From: Pseudogymnoascus verrucosus
Taxonomy: Eukaryota
DNA: 64,000 nt
Direction: 5' to 3' (one strand)
Assembly (NCBI GenBank): GCA_001662655.1
Contig: KV460220.1
In this document: positions 36,730 to 48,603 of the stretch, piece by piece
Layout of the letters: each line of letters starts with the position of its first letter
Position numbering within the stretch: position 1 is the first letter of the stretch
Notes under the pieces: model-generated
Databases searched by the model: none
Told to the model about the DNA's origin: nothing
Seen by the model: only the letters and a program-made list of their open reading frames with translations
Position numbers and translations under genes: made by a program

Positions 36730-38148
36730 ATGGCACGACCAGAGGAGACTGGCCATGGTTCTGCCACCTTTGGAACATTTGAAGACCTCGGCCTCGCAAT
36801 AATCGGCCTTGGTGTGGAATATCCGGCGTTCCAGCTCACCCCGACAGATCTCAGGACTCTGGTTAAGCGTCATTATCGGGACTCTCCTGCGTACGTCGTT
36901 CCTGAGCTTCACTAGGCACCACTAACTTAGTAGTATGTCCAAAGTCATGACGATTAACGACTACACCGGCATAGACATGCGCTCCTCGATCGGTACTATC
37001 GACGATCCATTTGTGAATAGGAAAAAGGCGCCAGCCATTGCCGAGCTTAGCAAAATATTTATGAAAGAAGGGGTTGCCCTCGCCGTTACCGCGGCACAAA
37101 AAGCCCTTACAGAGGCAAGAATAGATGTCTCTGATATTACACATATCGTTAGCACTACATGTACGAACAGCTCAAACCCGGGATTTGATCACTACGTATG
37201 TAAGAAGCTTGGAGTATCGCACACAGTTGAAAAAGTCTTATTACACGGCGTTGGCTGCGCGGGCGGGCTGGCAGCGCTTAGAACGGCTGCGAATATTGCA
37301 ATGGGTTCTAGTTTTCGGCGGAGACCAGCAAGAGTACTTGTAATGGCCCTTGAAATATGTACCTTTCTTGTCCGGAGCGAGATGGATAGCATTGACAAAT
37401 TTCAAGAAACGAGGATAGGCGTCTCGCTGTTCAGCGACTGCGCCAGCGCGCTAGTTTTGAGTAACGGGATTGGAGCTGAGTGCGTCGAGGAGCCGATATA
37501 TGAACTACTGGGCTGGGGCCATAAGATCATCCCCGATACCGACCGAGACTTGGGGTTTAATGTTGACCCATTAGGTGAGACATCCTGTAGAAAGGGGCTG
37601 AGTATTACACATACTGACGGACCATAGGCTGGAAAGTCGTCCTCTCACCTCGAGTTCCTAAGATTGCCGAGACAGCCGTAGACCCAATATTCAGAAACCT
37701 CCTATCATCAATACCTGGTCTCCCTCCTACCTACAACACCCCAGAGTCTTTCGACTGGGCCATGCACCCCGGCGGCGCCACAATCCTCTCTGGCGTAGAG
37801 AAAGCTATGGGAATAACGCCGGAGCACATGCGCGCATCATATGATATCTACATTAATCACGGAAACAGCTCCGCAGCAACAATCATAAGTGTCATGGATC
37901 GTCTACGACATAAAGATATGGATGCATGTGCCCCAGACGGAAAGGTCAAAGATTACGTAGTGGGATGCGCTTTTGGGCCAGGGATGGCCGTCGAGATGTG
38001 CATGCTGAAAAGGAACTTGAGCCATCGAGGAAAATCGCTACCAACCGGAGTAATTACACTGCCAGAGACGGAAAGTGAAGAGAGCAGGAGCGATGGCGAA
38101 GTTGAGCTAAGTTTGAGCGAAGTCTTAAACGGAGTCGATCTTGACTGA
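36730..38148 (+). CDS. Type III polyketide synthase (chalcone synthase superfamily, resembles Neurospora ORAS alkylresorcylic acid synthase), 3 exons
   Basis: LGLAIIGLGVEYP, STTCT, catalytic Cys in HGVGCAGG, LFSDCASA, His in MHPGGA, Asn in HGNSS, AFGPG. Introns 36891-36930/36933 and 37575-37627. Confidence 0.93.
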
Positions 38149-38973
38149 ATCACCTTCCTTGCTGCTACTCGTGTCATTAAGTACAAGAGCCGCCGTGTAT
38201 AACAGCTAGCGTGAACAGTAACTGTGATCAAAATAATGAGCGCGCTCAATCACTCGGAGTCATAATTGTCATATATGGCTACTTCAACAAACTAGTTGCT
38301 TAGAAATAGGACCAAGAAAGAATACGGATCTGGTTGATTCCGGTGTTAGTTCTCAGCTAATCATGGTTCGTCGTCGGACCTTTGGGCGGCACGAGGATTG
38401 TGGAATTGAGAGCTGCTGATATGGGTCGGCTGGCTCCCATTTTGACCTTGGATAGCAAGCGGTTGAATGGTTCCTTGGATTGTTGAGTCAAAATTCCTTC
38501 TAAATACCCTGAATTACAATCTAGAGGTGTCAAAAAAGTAATAATCTACTGTATAATAGGAGTAGCGAATGATAGAAACTACATCATCTATACATACGAA
38601 TCGTATCATACAATTCCTCGACTTTTCCATCCGGGTTGGAACCGGTTTTGCAGCTTCCACTCTGCCGCTCTCGAGGTCCGTCGCCAATGAATTTCTATGA
38701 AACATTATATCAGGCTAGAATTTGTGTATATGCCTTTCTTGGCAATGTGCTCATATAGGTACCTTTATCCTAAATTACGAAACAGCGATCTATCCCTCTG
38801 GACTCATTTTGCCAAGAGATCTACCGGAAATGCTTATTTTGCCACGATGCAAATAACCCAAGATCGCTCGTGGGTCGCGGGGTATTCTACTAGGAAGACT
38901 ATATAACATTGGAGAGATGTATGCCTTTTTGAGGCTTTTGGCTTAAAAAAATCGTGTCTAATGCAAGTCGATC

Positions 38974-40461
38974 ATGATGTTCAACAGCCATTTCCTAGTC
39001 CTCGCAGTTGCCTTTGGCACATCATGGCTCTCTCTACCTGTAACAGGTAGTGTGATACCTAAAGAACAAATCATAGAAAGCCGCCAGGACACAGGCAATA
39101 AGTGGGTGGATACATGGACATCAATGCCCCAACTCGTGGAACCAGGCAACCTGCCCCCTTCGCCATTCGTAAGAAGCTAAAGATATAAAATCTTAGGCAA
39201 CTGGAAAGCATGCTGACTATGGCAATAGACATCACAAGGTGCTGTTTTCAACAATGCAACGCTTCGCCAGACTCTCCATGTTTCCATTGGAGCTGATAGG
39301 ATTCGACTCCAAATTTCAAACACTTTCGGCGGCAGCGACCTCCCGATCACCGAAGCTGCCATCGCTCTCCCTACAGGAGGAGAAGCAGGAGTTGGTAACA
39401 TTGAGCCGTCACCGATAGCCGGTCTTACTTTCAACGGAGCGACGTCAGTAACAATCCCGAAGGGCGAAGTAGCATACTCAGACCCGATTGACTTTTCAGT
39501 TGCGGCTGAATCAATGCTTACTTTAACCCTCTATCTTGCTGCTGGGCAGACCAGAAACAGCATTACAGGTCACCCTGGGAGCCGGACAACGTCATGGATG
39601 CAAGAGGGCAACCAAATTGATGCAACTAGCATAACTGGATCGAGCGTCGCCCATTGGTAATAACTAGTCCCAATATACACCTCACTTATTTATAGCCTGA
39701 TAGCTAATTCGCTATGCAGGTATTTTGTGAGTGGAGTAGAGGTGTGGGTTCCAGCGTCTCTAAGCAGTTTTATCATTCTCGGCGACAGCATCACCGACGG
39801 TCGTGGCAGTGACGATAACAAGAATAATCGGTAATAGCACCATCCCATGGTTCCTAACTCAAAATTAACTTTCAGCAGCTGGCCGGACTTGCTCCTTGCG
39901 CGGATGCAGACAAGCCAACTCACCGCAATAGGAGTTGACAACCAGGCCGCAGGAGGCAACCGCGTCCTCCAGGATGGCCTCGGCCCCAGCCTAATCAGCC
40001 GGTATAAGCGTGATGCTATTGGGCAAGAAGGCGTAAAATACATCATGATCTTTGAAGGCGTCAATGATATTGGAACGGCAGGGACTGACCAGAATACCCA
40101 AACTCGACTTGGAGACAATCTCATATCTGCGTTCACGCAGATCGCCAATGATGCACGCGCCGCTGGGATTCTCATCTTTGCGGCGACAATCACTCCGTTC
40201 TCAGGGCCAGGGCAGTCATATTCCGACCCTACACGCGAGAAAACACGACAGAGGGTTAATTCCTGGTTTATATCAAGCGGGCTGTTTGATGCTGTTGTTG
40301 ATTTCGATGCGGTCGTTCGTGATCCGGCGACTCCTTCGCAGTTGGCACCAGAATACAATAGCGGAGACTATCTACACCCTAATGTCGCTGGGTATCAGGC
40401 TATTGCGGATGCATTTCCTTTGGACATCTTTACGGCTACTGCCAACAAGCGTACGGTATAG
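38974..40461 (+). CDS. Secreted SGNH/GDSL hydrolase (esterase), 4 exons
   Basis: Signal peptide, WVDTWTSMPQLVEP, block I GDSITDG, block II GGNRVL, block III EGVNDIG, block V DYLHPN. Introns about 39169-39228, 39657-39719, 39831-39878. Confidence 0.88.
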
Positions 40462-40598
40462 TTTACACCATTTGAAGCAGTCATTTATGGACAATAGATA
40501 GATGAAGCATACATATATCGTTGAGAGCTATAGTGATAGTAGCGCGAGAGATGTGTGCCCCACCTTTATAATCTACTACTGTAATTCTGCCTGATAAT

Positions 40599-41722
40599 CT
40601 ATTCTCCCGACGGCCCAGTGATTTTGGTCCCCAGTGCTCCAGGAGATCCAAAGTTTGGCGTGTTATCAGAATTCCAGTTTACTTTTTGTGCCATTGTATA
40701 TCTCGTCCCATCACACGCTCCAGCACTGTTGGCATCCGCATGGTATACGTTCCAGATCTCAGTTCCATCTGGGCTCTGGAAAAATCTGCAATATGTTAGG
40801 AACCATGTTAGAGTGGAGTTAAGGATATTGGACGTACCCATTGTGACCTGCGCCATAATTTCCGTTTGCAGAGGTCAAAAATGGCCCAGTCTTCACCCAG
40901 CTTGCGGCTTTAGTTGGGTCCCCGCCATTCCAGGTCAGGAGCCCCAGCTGATAGCTGGCGGTCCAGCAGTCGCTCGCACTGTATGCCAGATAAGTCTTTC
41001 CACCGTAGTACATTGCAACTGGCCCCTCATTAACTGGGTTTCCAACAGTCTCCCAGGATTTCGTAGGCTGGGATATAACAGTGGTGGCTCCAACTGAGCC
41101 TGGCGAATTAAGTGGTGCGATACAGAGCGATTGGAGCCCGGCGCTGCTAAAGCAGGAATAGACAAAGTAGTTGGCAGAGGTGGTGCGGAGGATGGAGCCG
41201 TCAATTCCCCAAGTGTTCATTAATGTAGCAAGATGGCTGTAGCTGTCAAAAGGTGTAGCACCACCTTGAAGTATAATGTTAGATCCAGGGAGGGGTTTTC
41301 AGCAGAACAGAACACTAACCTTTGAGAACATTGGGACGCTGCCCGTTAAGATCGGCTGAGGTGCCAGCGGTATAGTAGATATACCAGCTAGAATAATTCA
41401 GCTAATTATATTGGAAGGCCTTGATCGGAGAGACTCACAGTCCATCAAAATAATGAAGCTCAGGCGCCCACATATTGCAGCATCTACTGGCAGTTTTGTC
41501 GGTCCAGACAATTTTGGTTTCTCCTTTCTTGAGTCCTTCGAGAGTGGTAGCCCGAGTGATTTGCAAATTAGTCCAAGTCGTTGTCATCAAATAATAATAA
41601 CCGCCTGTGTATACAATGTGAGGATCAGAGCCATCTTTCGGTTTCAGTGGGTTTGAGAAGGTTGCCGCGCTAACCAGGGAAGTCAGCGACAACGCCGTGG
41701 TAATGAAAGTAAAAAGCTTCAT
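40599..41722 (-). CDS. Secreted glycoside hydrolase family 43 (alpha-L-arabinofuranosidase-like), 4 exons
   Basis: Signal peptide, GSDPHIV, WAPELH, WGIDGS, VNEGP, YSAS, GHNGFFQSPDG, YHA. Introns about 41438-41388, 41319-41265, 40837-40787. Confidence 0.9.
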
Positions 41723-42628
41723 TGTGCCTGGTTAATTTTAACAAGCAACGGCTCTGTAATAGGCAACTGTGTCAGAGCGATAAAGGGAAACTCCATCGCT
41801 TTATACGATCAATCGCGAGGCTGCAGAAGCTTGTTCTGCGAGGTAAGTTCCACCAATTATATTCATATATTAATTAACTTATTGCATCAGCCTTTCTTGA
41901 CATTGAATATAAAGATCCAAGAAATAAGATACATTAAAAAGCTGGGCGAATGACGGAGGCACGAAGCCTGTACGGAAATTTAAGATTCCGGCAGTTGGAC
42001 TGCATGTTATCGGCGCAAACCGCACATTGCATAGTGGTTGTGGGGTAGAAACATCAGCAATTCCAGGGTTGAAGGGTCTTAACGTGGTTGTCTACGACGG
42101 CACTCACATCACCGCCTGACGGCGCCCACCAGTTTATGGCCGTACATAGTAGCTAGCAAACATACCACAGTACAATTATAAAATTGAAGCAAAATCACTC
42201 GTAAAATCCACTAATATTGATATGGTAAGCGTACATTACGATGCGCCAGGCAGCTATTACATATAGTCGGTTTAGAGTCTACAAAATACCGTGGGGGTTA
42301 ACATCTTAACTTAAGGCACTTCCCCCTTAATATCACGGACAATTATATCAGCATTCGCGTTGATACGCCCGGCACAGATTAGCTAGCATCATCAACCTAC
42401 TCCAAGACTTTCGGCGACACTATTTCAAATAAGCGCCAGTTAAAGCGGAGGAGCCTTCCCCGCATACCCCGCAAAGCGGAAAACCCAAATAGCCTGAAGA
42501 GACCTGGAAAACCTTACTCTAGTAAAGGGATGGATAACGTTCCTTATGTTGAAAGCGAAGGCTAATATTTGCCCGTCTGCACCACCAATTTAATTGAGAA
42601 GTATATTTTCACTAATATTTACACCCTA

Positions 42629-44640
42629 ATCGTCGGAACCGACCCTGACCTTCGCTCAGGGTCGGGGTAAGCGAACGGCGTTCGGGGAAGCGGTCGGCGT
42701 TCACCGCTATTTCATATCGCCGGCCATAGCCTCAACATATCTATAGCTAGTAATTTGTATACAACAACTGTGTAATTGAAATGGAAAACCCAATTTTGTC
42801 AGATGCTCGTAAATGGCTTGCTGCAAATCCATCGGAATCTGTTGCTACCGCAAGCCGGATTTTCAAAGTGCCAAAATCAACGCTCCAATCCTCAATTACT
42901 CGACTTAATCGTATAGGAGTCGGCCGTGGAGGCCAGAATAAGCTTCTTACAGCTACGCAAACGAAGGCTCTTAAGGAATGGATCACTACGCAGTATAAGC
43001 AAGGACTTGGAGCTACGAAGCAGATGACCTTTGCTGTTGTTTGCTATATTCTACGACCGAAGCCACCGCCTTCCTATAGCTGGCTTACAAAGTTCATTAA
43101 GAATGAGCTATCTGATTTTCATATTATAAAGACAAAGCCTATTGCTCAACACCGGGTTGAAGCCTAAGATGAAAGCGTCCTAGAAGAGTGGTTTTCGAAC
43201 TATCATGAGTTCGTTTCTACTCATAATATACAGCCTGATTCCATATGGAATATGGACGAGACTGGGTTTCAGATTGGAATTCCAGGGGGTGAGAAGGTTA
43301 TAGTTCCACACGGAGTTACAGAGCTATATACAGGGAGTCCTGAAAACCGTACTTTAATTACAGTAATTGAAGCTATATCAGCGAGTGGGAAAGCTACTCC
43401 GCCTGTACTCATTATTCCAGGCAAAGTCCATATGGAATCATGGTACCATAGAAGTCTTGTTGGTACAGAACAGGTTCTATTATCAGAATCAGGTTATACA
43501 AACGACGAGCTTGCGATTAAATGGCTTAATCACTTCATTTTCCATACGCAAAGCACCCCTATTTCAAACGCTAAATTACTACTATTAGACTCTCATAGTA
43601 GCTACCGAACGCCAGAGTTTACTATACTCGCAGCAGAGAATAATATCCTCATTTATACCTTTCCATCACATCTTACCTACGTTCTACAGCCGCTAGACGT
43701 TGGGGTTTTCCAGCCATATAAGCATTGGCATCGCGAAGCAGTCCATACTGCAATACGGAACTTCGACCTTGAGTATAACCTACGCTCTTTTATGAGGGAT
43801 CTTCCTATGATACGGGAGAAAACCTTTAAAGAGCTTACTATTACTCACGCATTTAAGAAGGCAGGAATATGGCCTATCGATTGTAGTATTGCGCTTTTAA
43901 AGCTATAGAAATATTCAAAGCCAGCTCCTACTTTACCAACGATTATACCAGCCTCTTTTCAAGAGTCCGAAGCGCAATTACAGCACTGGAAAGTGACGCT
44001 TCCAGTTCTACTCAGTAGCCCATCTCGACAGCGATATAACAACTGGGTTATTGGTACAGAAACGGTATTAGCTCACGGGCAACTTCAAGAATTCAACCTC
44101 TCGATTCTACAGCGGCAGGTTGACCAGCACAAGAATAGAGGCCGTAATAGCCGGTTACGCCTACAAATCGGAGGAGCTCTTACCGTAGATGAAGCCCGAG
44201 CTCTACAGACTGAAAAGGCAGAGCGAGTTGCGGAGAAAGAGGCAGCCAAAGAAGCCCGGATAGCTCGTCAGGCTAGCAACCAAGCCCGCAAGCAGCTCAA
44301 ACGGGCAGGAGTTGAAGCCCGGAAACAAGAACGCCTCCGGAAGAAGAGGGTAAAAGCCTATAAAAAAGATGGTAATCCAATTCCTCCGGAGGATCAAGAT
44401 CCAATTCCAGATCCAGAGGCAGAGAGCGAAAGTGGGATTGGGAGTGGGAGTGGGAGTGAGGGCCAGTTTGAGTGGGACGGATATGAGAATTACGAGTAGT
44501 TGATCAATTTAAGTACCTTTTCATATAAATTACTGTGTAGTGGTACTTATTCCTTCTGGTGTTCGTGAACGCCGACCGCTTCCGCGAACGCCGTTCGCTT
44601 ACCCCGACCCTGAGCGAAGCTCAGGGTCGGTTCCGACGAT
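42629..44640 (+). mobile_element. Complete Fot1/pogo-type (Tc1-mariner superfamily) DNA transposon, 2,012 bp
   Basis: 76-bp TIRs at 42629-42704 and 44565-44640 (2 mismatches). TA flanks at 42627-42628 and 44641-44642. Internal DDE transposase. Confidence 0.95.
42781..44499 (+). pseudogene. Pogo/Fot1 transposase with two in-frame premature stops
   Basis: One reading frame with N-terminal HTH, NMDETGF, LLLDSH, QPLDVGVF. Stops TAA at 43165-43167 and TAG at 43906-43908, no frameshift. Confidence 0.92.
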
Positions 44641-45022
44641 TACATTCGACAAAATATTTGATATTTGATAAAAACGGAAAAATAAGTCGGGTATAGACGG
44701 AATTTGAAATCCATATGTTGACAAGGGATATCCATTGCAGTTGGCATCTTGGCCGGCCTGTGATTTCTGGTTCATCTCCCCAGAGGATCATTAAACCCGT
44801 CAAAGGATCGTCTACATCAAACTGTCAAAAGCTGTTGTTGGCATGCACAGGCCAAACCAGAATTATAATAACAGAATTCCCACCAACATCGCGTTTCCCT
44901 TCCCGTTCTTTCCTTCCCTCACTTTTCAGTCTCAATTGGTAGTGGGCACTGGTGAACATCAAGGACGATGAAATATTTGGTACCATGTATTAAATTAAGA
45001 TTTTCCTCTCTCTTCCCTAGAT

Positions 45023-47314
45023 TTACGCTTCCTTCAATTGCTGCCCTTGGCCCTTTCCCCTCCGTACAAACTCTCTCAGCACATTATCAGTCATTCTAGC
45101 TACATTGTTGTCATATGTATCCCAGGCCATACTACCATACCAGTTGATACTGCCAACTGCGAATACCGCGCCACCTCCGGCAGTGTCATAATATACCAGG
45201 TCGCTTCGGACGCGGTCGCAGTTCGAACCCAGAGTGTTCACCATTGGGAACATAGACTCCTCATTGAAAAGTCCAAAGGTATCGTCATGCTGCTCGCTGC
45301 TTCCCAGGAGGATCGCATTGGTTGGAGTTCCAAGGTCAAAGTCCAAGCGATCAATCTCGTCACCGCTGGCACCACCGCCAAAGCCATTCTCGCCAATGGG
45401 CCCATTGGGATCGATGCCCTTAAAAACCCATGCAAGCGCAGGATCCTGAGCATATTTTGAGTTTATCCTATAAGGCTTTCCTTTGCCAGTACCGAACGCA
45501 CACGATCCCATGCCGAAGAGGTAGTTGGGAGCGCGGCCTCGGCTGCGCCAGAGTCCTCCCAGGTTCCCGGTGAGACCGTGCATTCGTTCCCCTGCGGGAA
45601 ACGTCACAGACCGACAACCTTGATCACCTTTACGGACTTCGAGACGATGAGGACGCTTGGAGTCAATGTCGGCGACCCAGTAGAAGCCATTGCCGCCCAA
45701 GTACATCAAGCTACCGCCTGACTTTGCAAAGCCGCTAAAAGCATCGAGGGTTTGGAGAGAATGGTATTCGGGATGACAGCTACTTATCATTGTCGTATAT
45801 TGGGAAGCTGCTTGATGGCCTCCAGTGTGCAAACAATGGTCAGTGATGGTATCATACGGAATTCCAGAGCGTTCCAGGAAGTCAATCATGAGAAGATCAG
45901 CGCTAAATTCGCGAGGTCGGCCCAGTGCCCAGTGCACGTATCCAGGCCTCAGATTTAATATGGGTCTAAGGGCACTAGAGAATGCAGTTGGGGAACCGTC
46001 TCTATGAACATCGTAAGCCGAGAGTCCTAAATCCGGGCGCCGATCTAGGCCCTTAAAATATTCGTGCTCATCTGCAATGCTGACCCCATCAGGGGTTGTC
46101 ATTGCTGATGATCTAGACATGTCGAACATCCGTTCGTTGGCATATGCAAGATATGTGAAAGTTGACAGAACCAACGCCACCCGTGCCGTAGATTTTTGAT
46201 TGGGACGAACGAAGAAGGTGATCATGTCGCTTACGCCGTTCTCACACTTGACTTCAACGGCATATGCACCTGAGCGAGCTGTTGATGGAATTGTGATGGA
46301 GAAATTCGTCCCCCATTTCGCGTCGTCTAGATCATCTTCATGGAAATGGATAGCTCCGTACCCGTAGGTCGCATGAGTCCAATCAGGCTGAGAACCATCC
46401 CAGTTGTATCCTTTCACGGCTCGTGTTGGTGCATTGACGAGGGCACCGTGGCGACTATTTCCAGAAACGTCGACAATAGAGTCGCTTGAAATATCGCGAG
46501 AAAAGTCATACTGGGCTAATATCCGCGGCGTTGGCCCTGTCGCCGTAAAAGAAGGGGAGTCAAGTCGGCCATTGAAAAAGCATGCCGGCTTGTAGCTCTG
46601 CTTGTCAACAGATTCGAACATGCCCGCACCAAACAGTAAGGCATTAGACCCTAAAGAGATCGGTGCCAACAAGTTATGCGTCGTCTCTTCTGCAGAAGGG
46701 GCAGTCTCTGCCAGACGGTTCAATTGCCGGATGTTCAAAGTGATCGTCTTCCCAACGAGGCTCATACGGATATGGAGCCAACGCCAGCGATTGATAGGGT
46801 ACTGACTCCGGATCACATCGACGTTGCTGCCAGTACCTATAAGGAACTCGAGTTTTGAATCCTTTATAACCACGGCAAATCCGGTTTTAGAACTTGCGTC
46901 AAGGCACGATATGATTGTTTGGCAATGGTCAACGTCAACCAAGTATGGTTGCACATGACAGTCTACTTCAAAGCCCTCTTCAGCTGCACAATGCGCTTCA
47001 GACCAGGAGGGTATAACAGCATGGGATCCCGAGCAGGCAGATTGATAGCAGCCATCATCGCGATTTCCCGAAGGGACTTCAGTTATCTCCTCCTCTTTGA
47101 CTGGTGGGGCATGAGTAGAACCGCTATAGCCCTGGATGAGGCGTACTAAACGATGAGAGTAGTTTTTCTCGGTGGATGAAATCTTGAAGAGTCAGCTTGG
47201 GAAACATGTCTCGTTCAATGATAAACACACTTTAATATCAACTGGCTCTCCTGGCGAAACAATCCATGGTTGAGCATAACCGATTATTTGAGGGTCTTTG
47301 TCGTTGTGAGACAT
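45023..47314 (-). CDS. N,N-dimethylformamidase large (beta) subunit-like protein, about 747 aa, 2 exons
   Basis: Exon 1 MSHNDKDPQIIGYAQPWIVSPGEPVDIK, intron 47230-47183, then RLVRLIQG, FNGRLDSP, YGAIHFHEDDLDD, TYLAYANE, GLSAYD, RPILNLRP, HPEY, YLGGNGFYW, GDEIDR, YDNNVARMTDNVL. These match my recollection of the bacterial DMFase beta subunit. Confidence 0.88.
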
Positions 47315-47369
47315 GGCTTGAAGTTCGCCGTAGCTTTGTTATGGGGAAGGGGTATGCGGGAGCTCGATA

Positions 47370-48270
47370 TCTCGATAAGTATATTGATTGTGTGAGAACT
47401 TAGGTGTTGCCAACCACCTGAAGATAGAGGCGAAGTGATACAGATTTAAAAAAGCGGCCAACTCTATCAGCATAAAATCAGTAGAACAACAAGGGCAATA
47501 GGTCTGAATTCTTATCCCTTGATAAAGATATCAAGGGTTTATAAACCCCTTGCCGACGCTTATCTTTGAAGTTTACCAGCGACATGGCTTGGGCATTAAA
47601 ACGATGTCCACTCTTTGGTATCCACGTTCTCCTCACATGCTCACACGCAGGTGGATATAGTTGCTACATTAGGAAAGAGAGGGGATTCGCTAAATTCAAC
47701 TAAGCAACCGACTAAATGGTGGTGCCGACAGGCTAATTGTCCGAGATAGACTTTGATCCAATTAAATTGCAGGGTCGGCTCAGTAGCGTCGCCACTCGGA
47801 AGATACGTCATTATAACTTGACCACATGTTCTCCATAATATGGGGACCTGGATTCGACGACAAGCTTGTTCCGAAAGACGGGGTAACGGGTCGGCTACCA
47901 CGTAGCATTGGGAACCTCCACCACACTGAGAGCCTCCGCCGCTATCGCCCTTGCCCCCCGGGACGCGTCCGTCGGCAAGATAAAGCGGAATGGAATTCCG
48001 ATAATGTAAATGGAAACATATACAGTGGGACTCATATACAGTGGTCGCAGAAGTCGATAAGATAACCAATACCGAATCCACTGGCTATGGTAAGTTTATC
48101 TTATGGGCAGCGAACATGCTTATCAGACCGTATCTTCGAGTTGCTGTTGTTAGTTCACAATGCAAGAGCCGGACCACTCCCGAGGGCTCTAGCGTCCTAA
48201 AACCCGCTAATGAGGCAGCCAAATCTTGTATTTACTCTAGAAATAGAGTTGTAATCATATTATCAGCTCT
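47370..48270. promoter_or_regulatory. GATA-site-rich divergent promoter (putative AreA/NIT2 sites) between the DMFase-like gene and the MFS permease
   Basis: GATAA/TTATC at about 47374, 47511, 47521, 47559, 47979, 48000, 48056, 48061, 48095, 48119 and 48259. Confidence 0.55.
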
Positions 48271-48603
48271 ATCTTTCGTTCCTTGGCCTTGTTTTGTGGC
48301 AAGTAAAACTAGCGGATTGTTGGGGTACGGATTTTACCGTGTTTTTAGTATGGTAGTTCCCCTCAATATTGCCGTTTTAAGAAGGAGCGATCGGCAGCCA
48401 CTATCTTGACTATCGAATGTGGGTCCTTCCCCAGACTACTCGACGTATGCCATGTGGGTGTTAGGTCTTTGTGGGGTACATATATAAGGTGGCGGGATTC
48501 TCCTTTTGCAAAATGGCATCTCCTTATTATCCTAAAATTATATCAGTCCTACCATTGGGCTGATTGGATTCATCGACGGATACGAAGGGCACAATTTGCC
48601 ATC

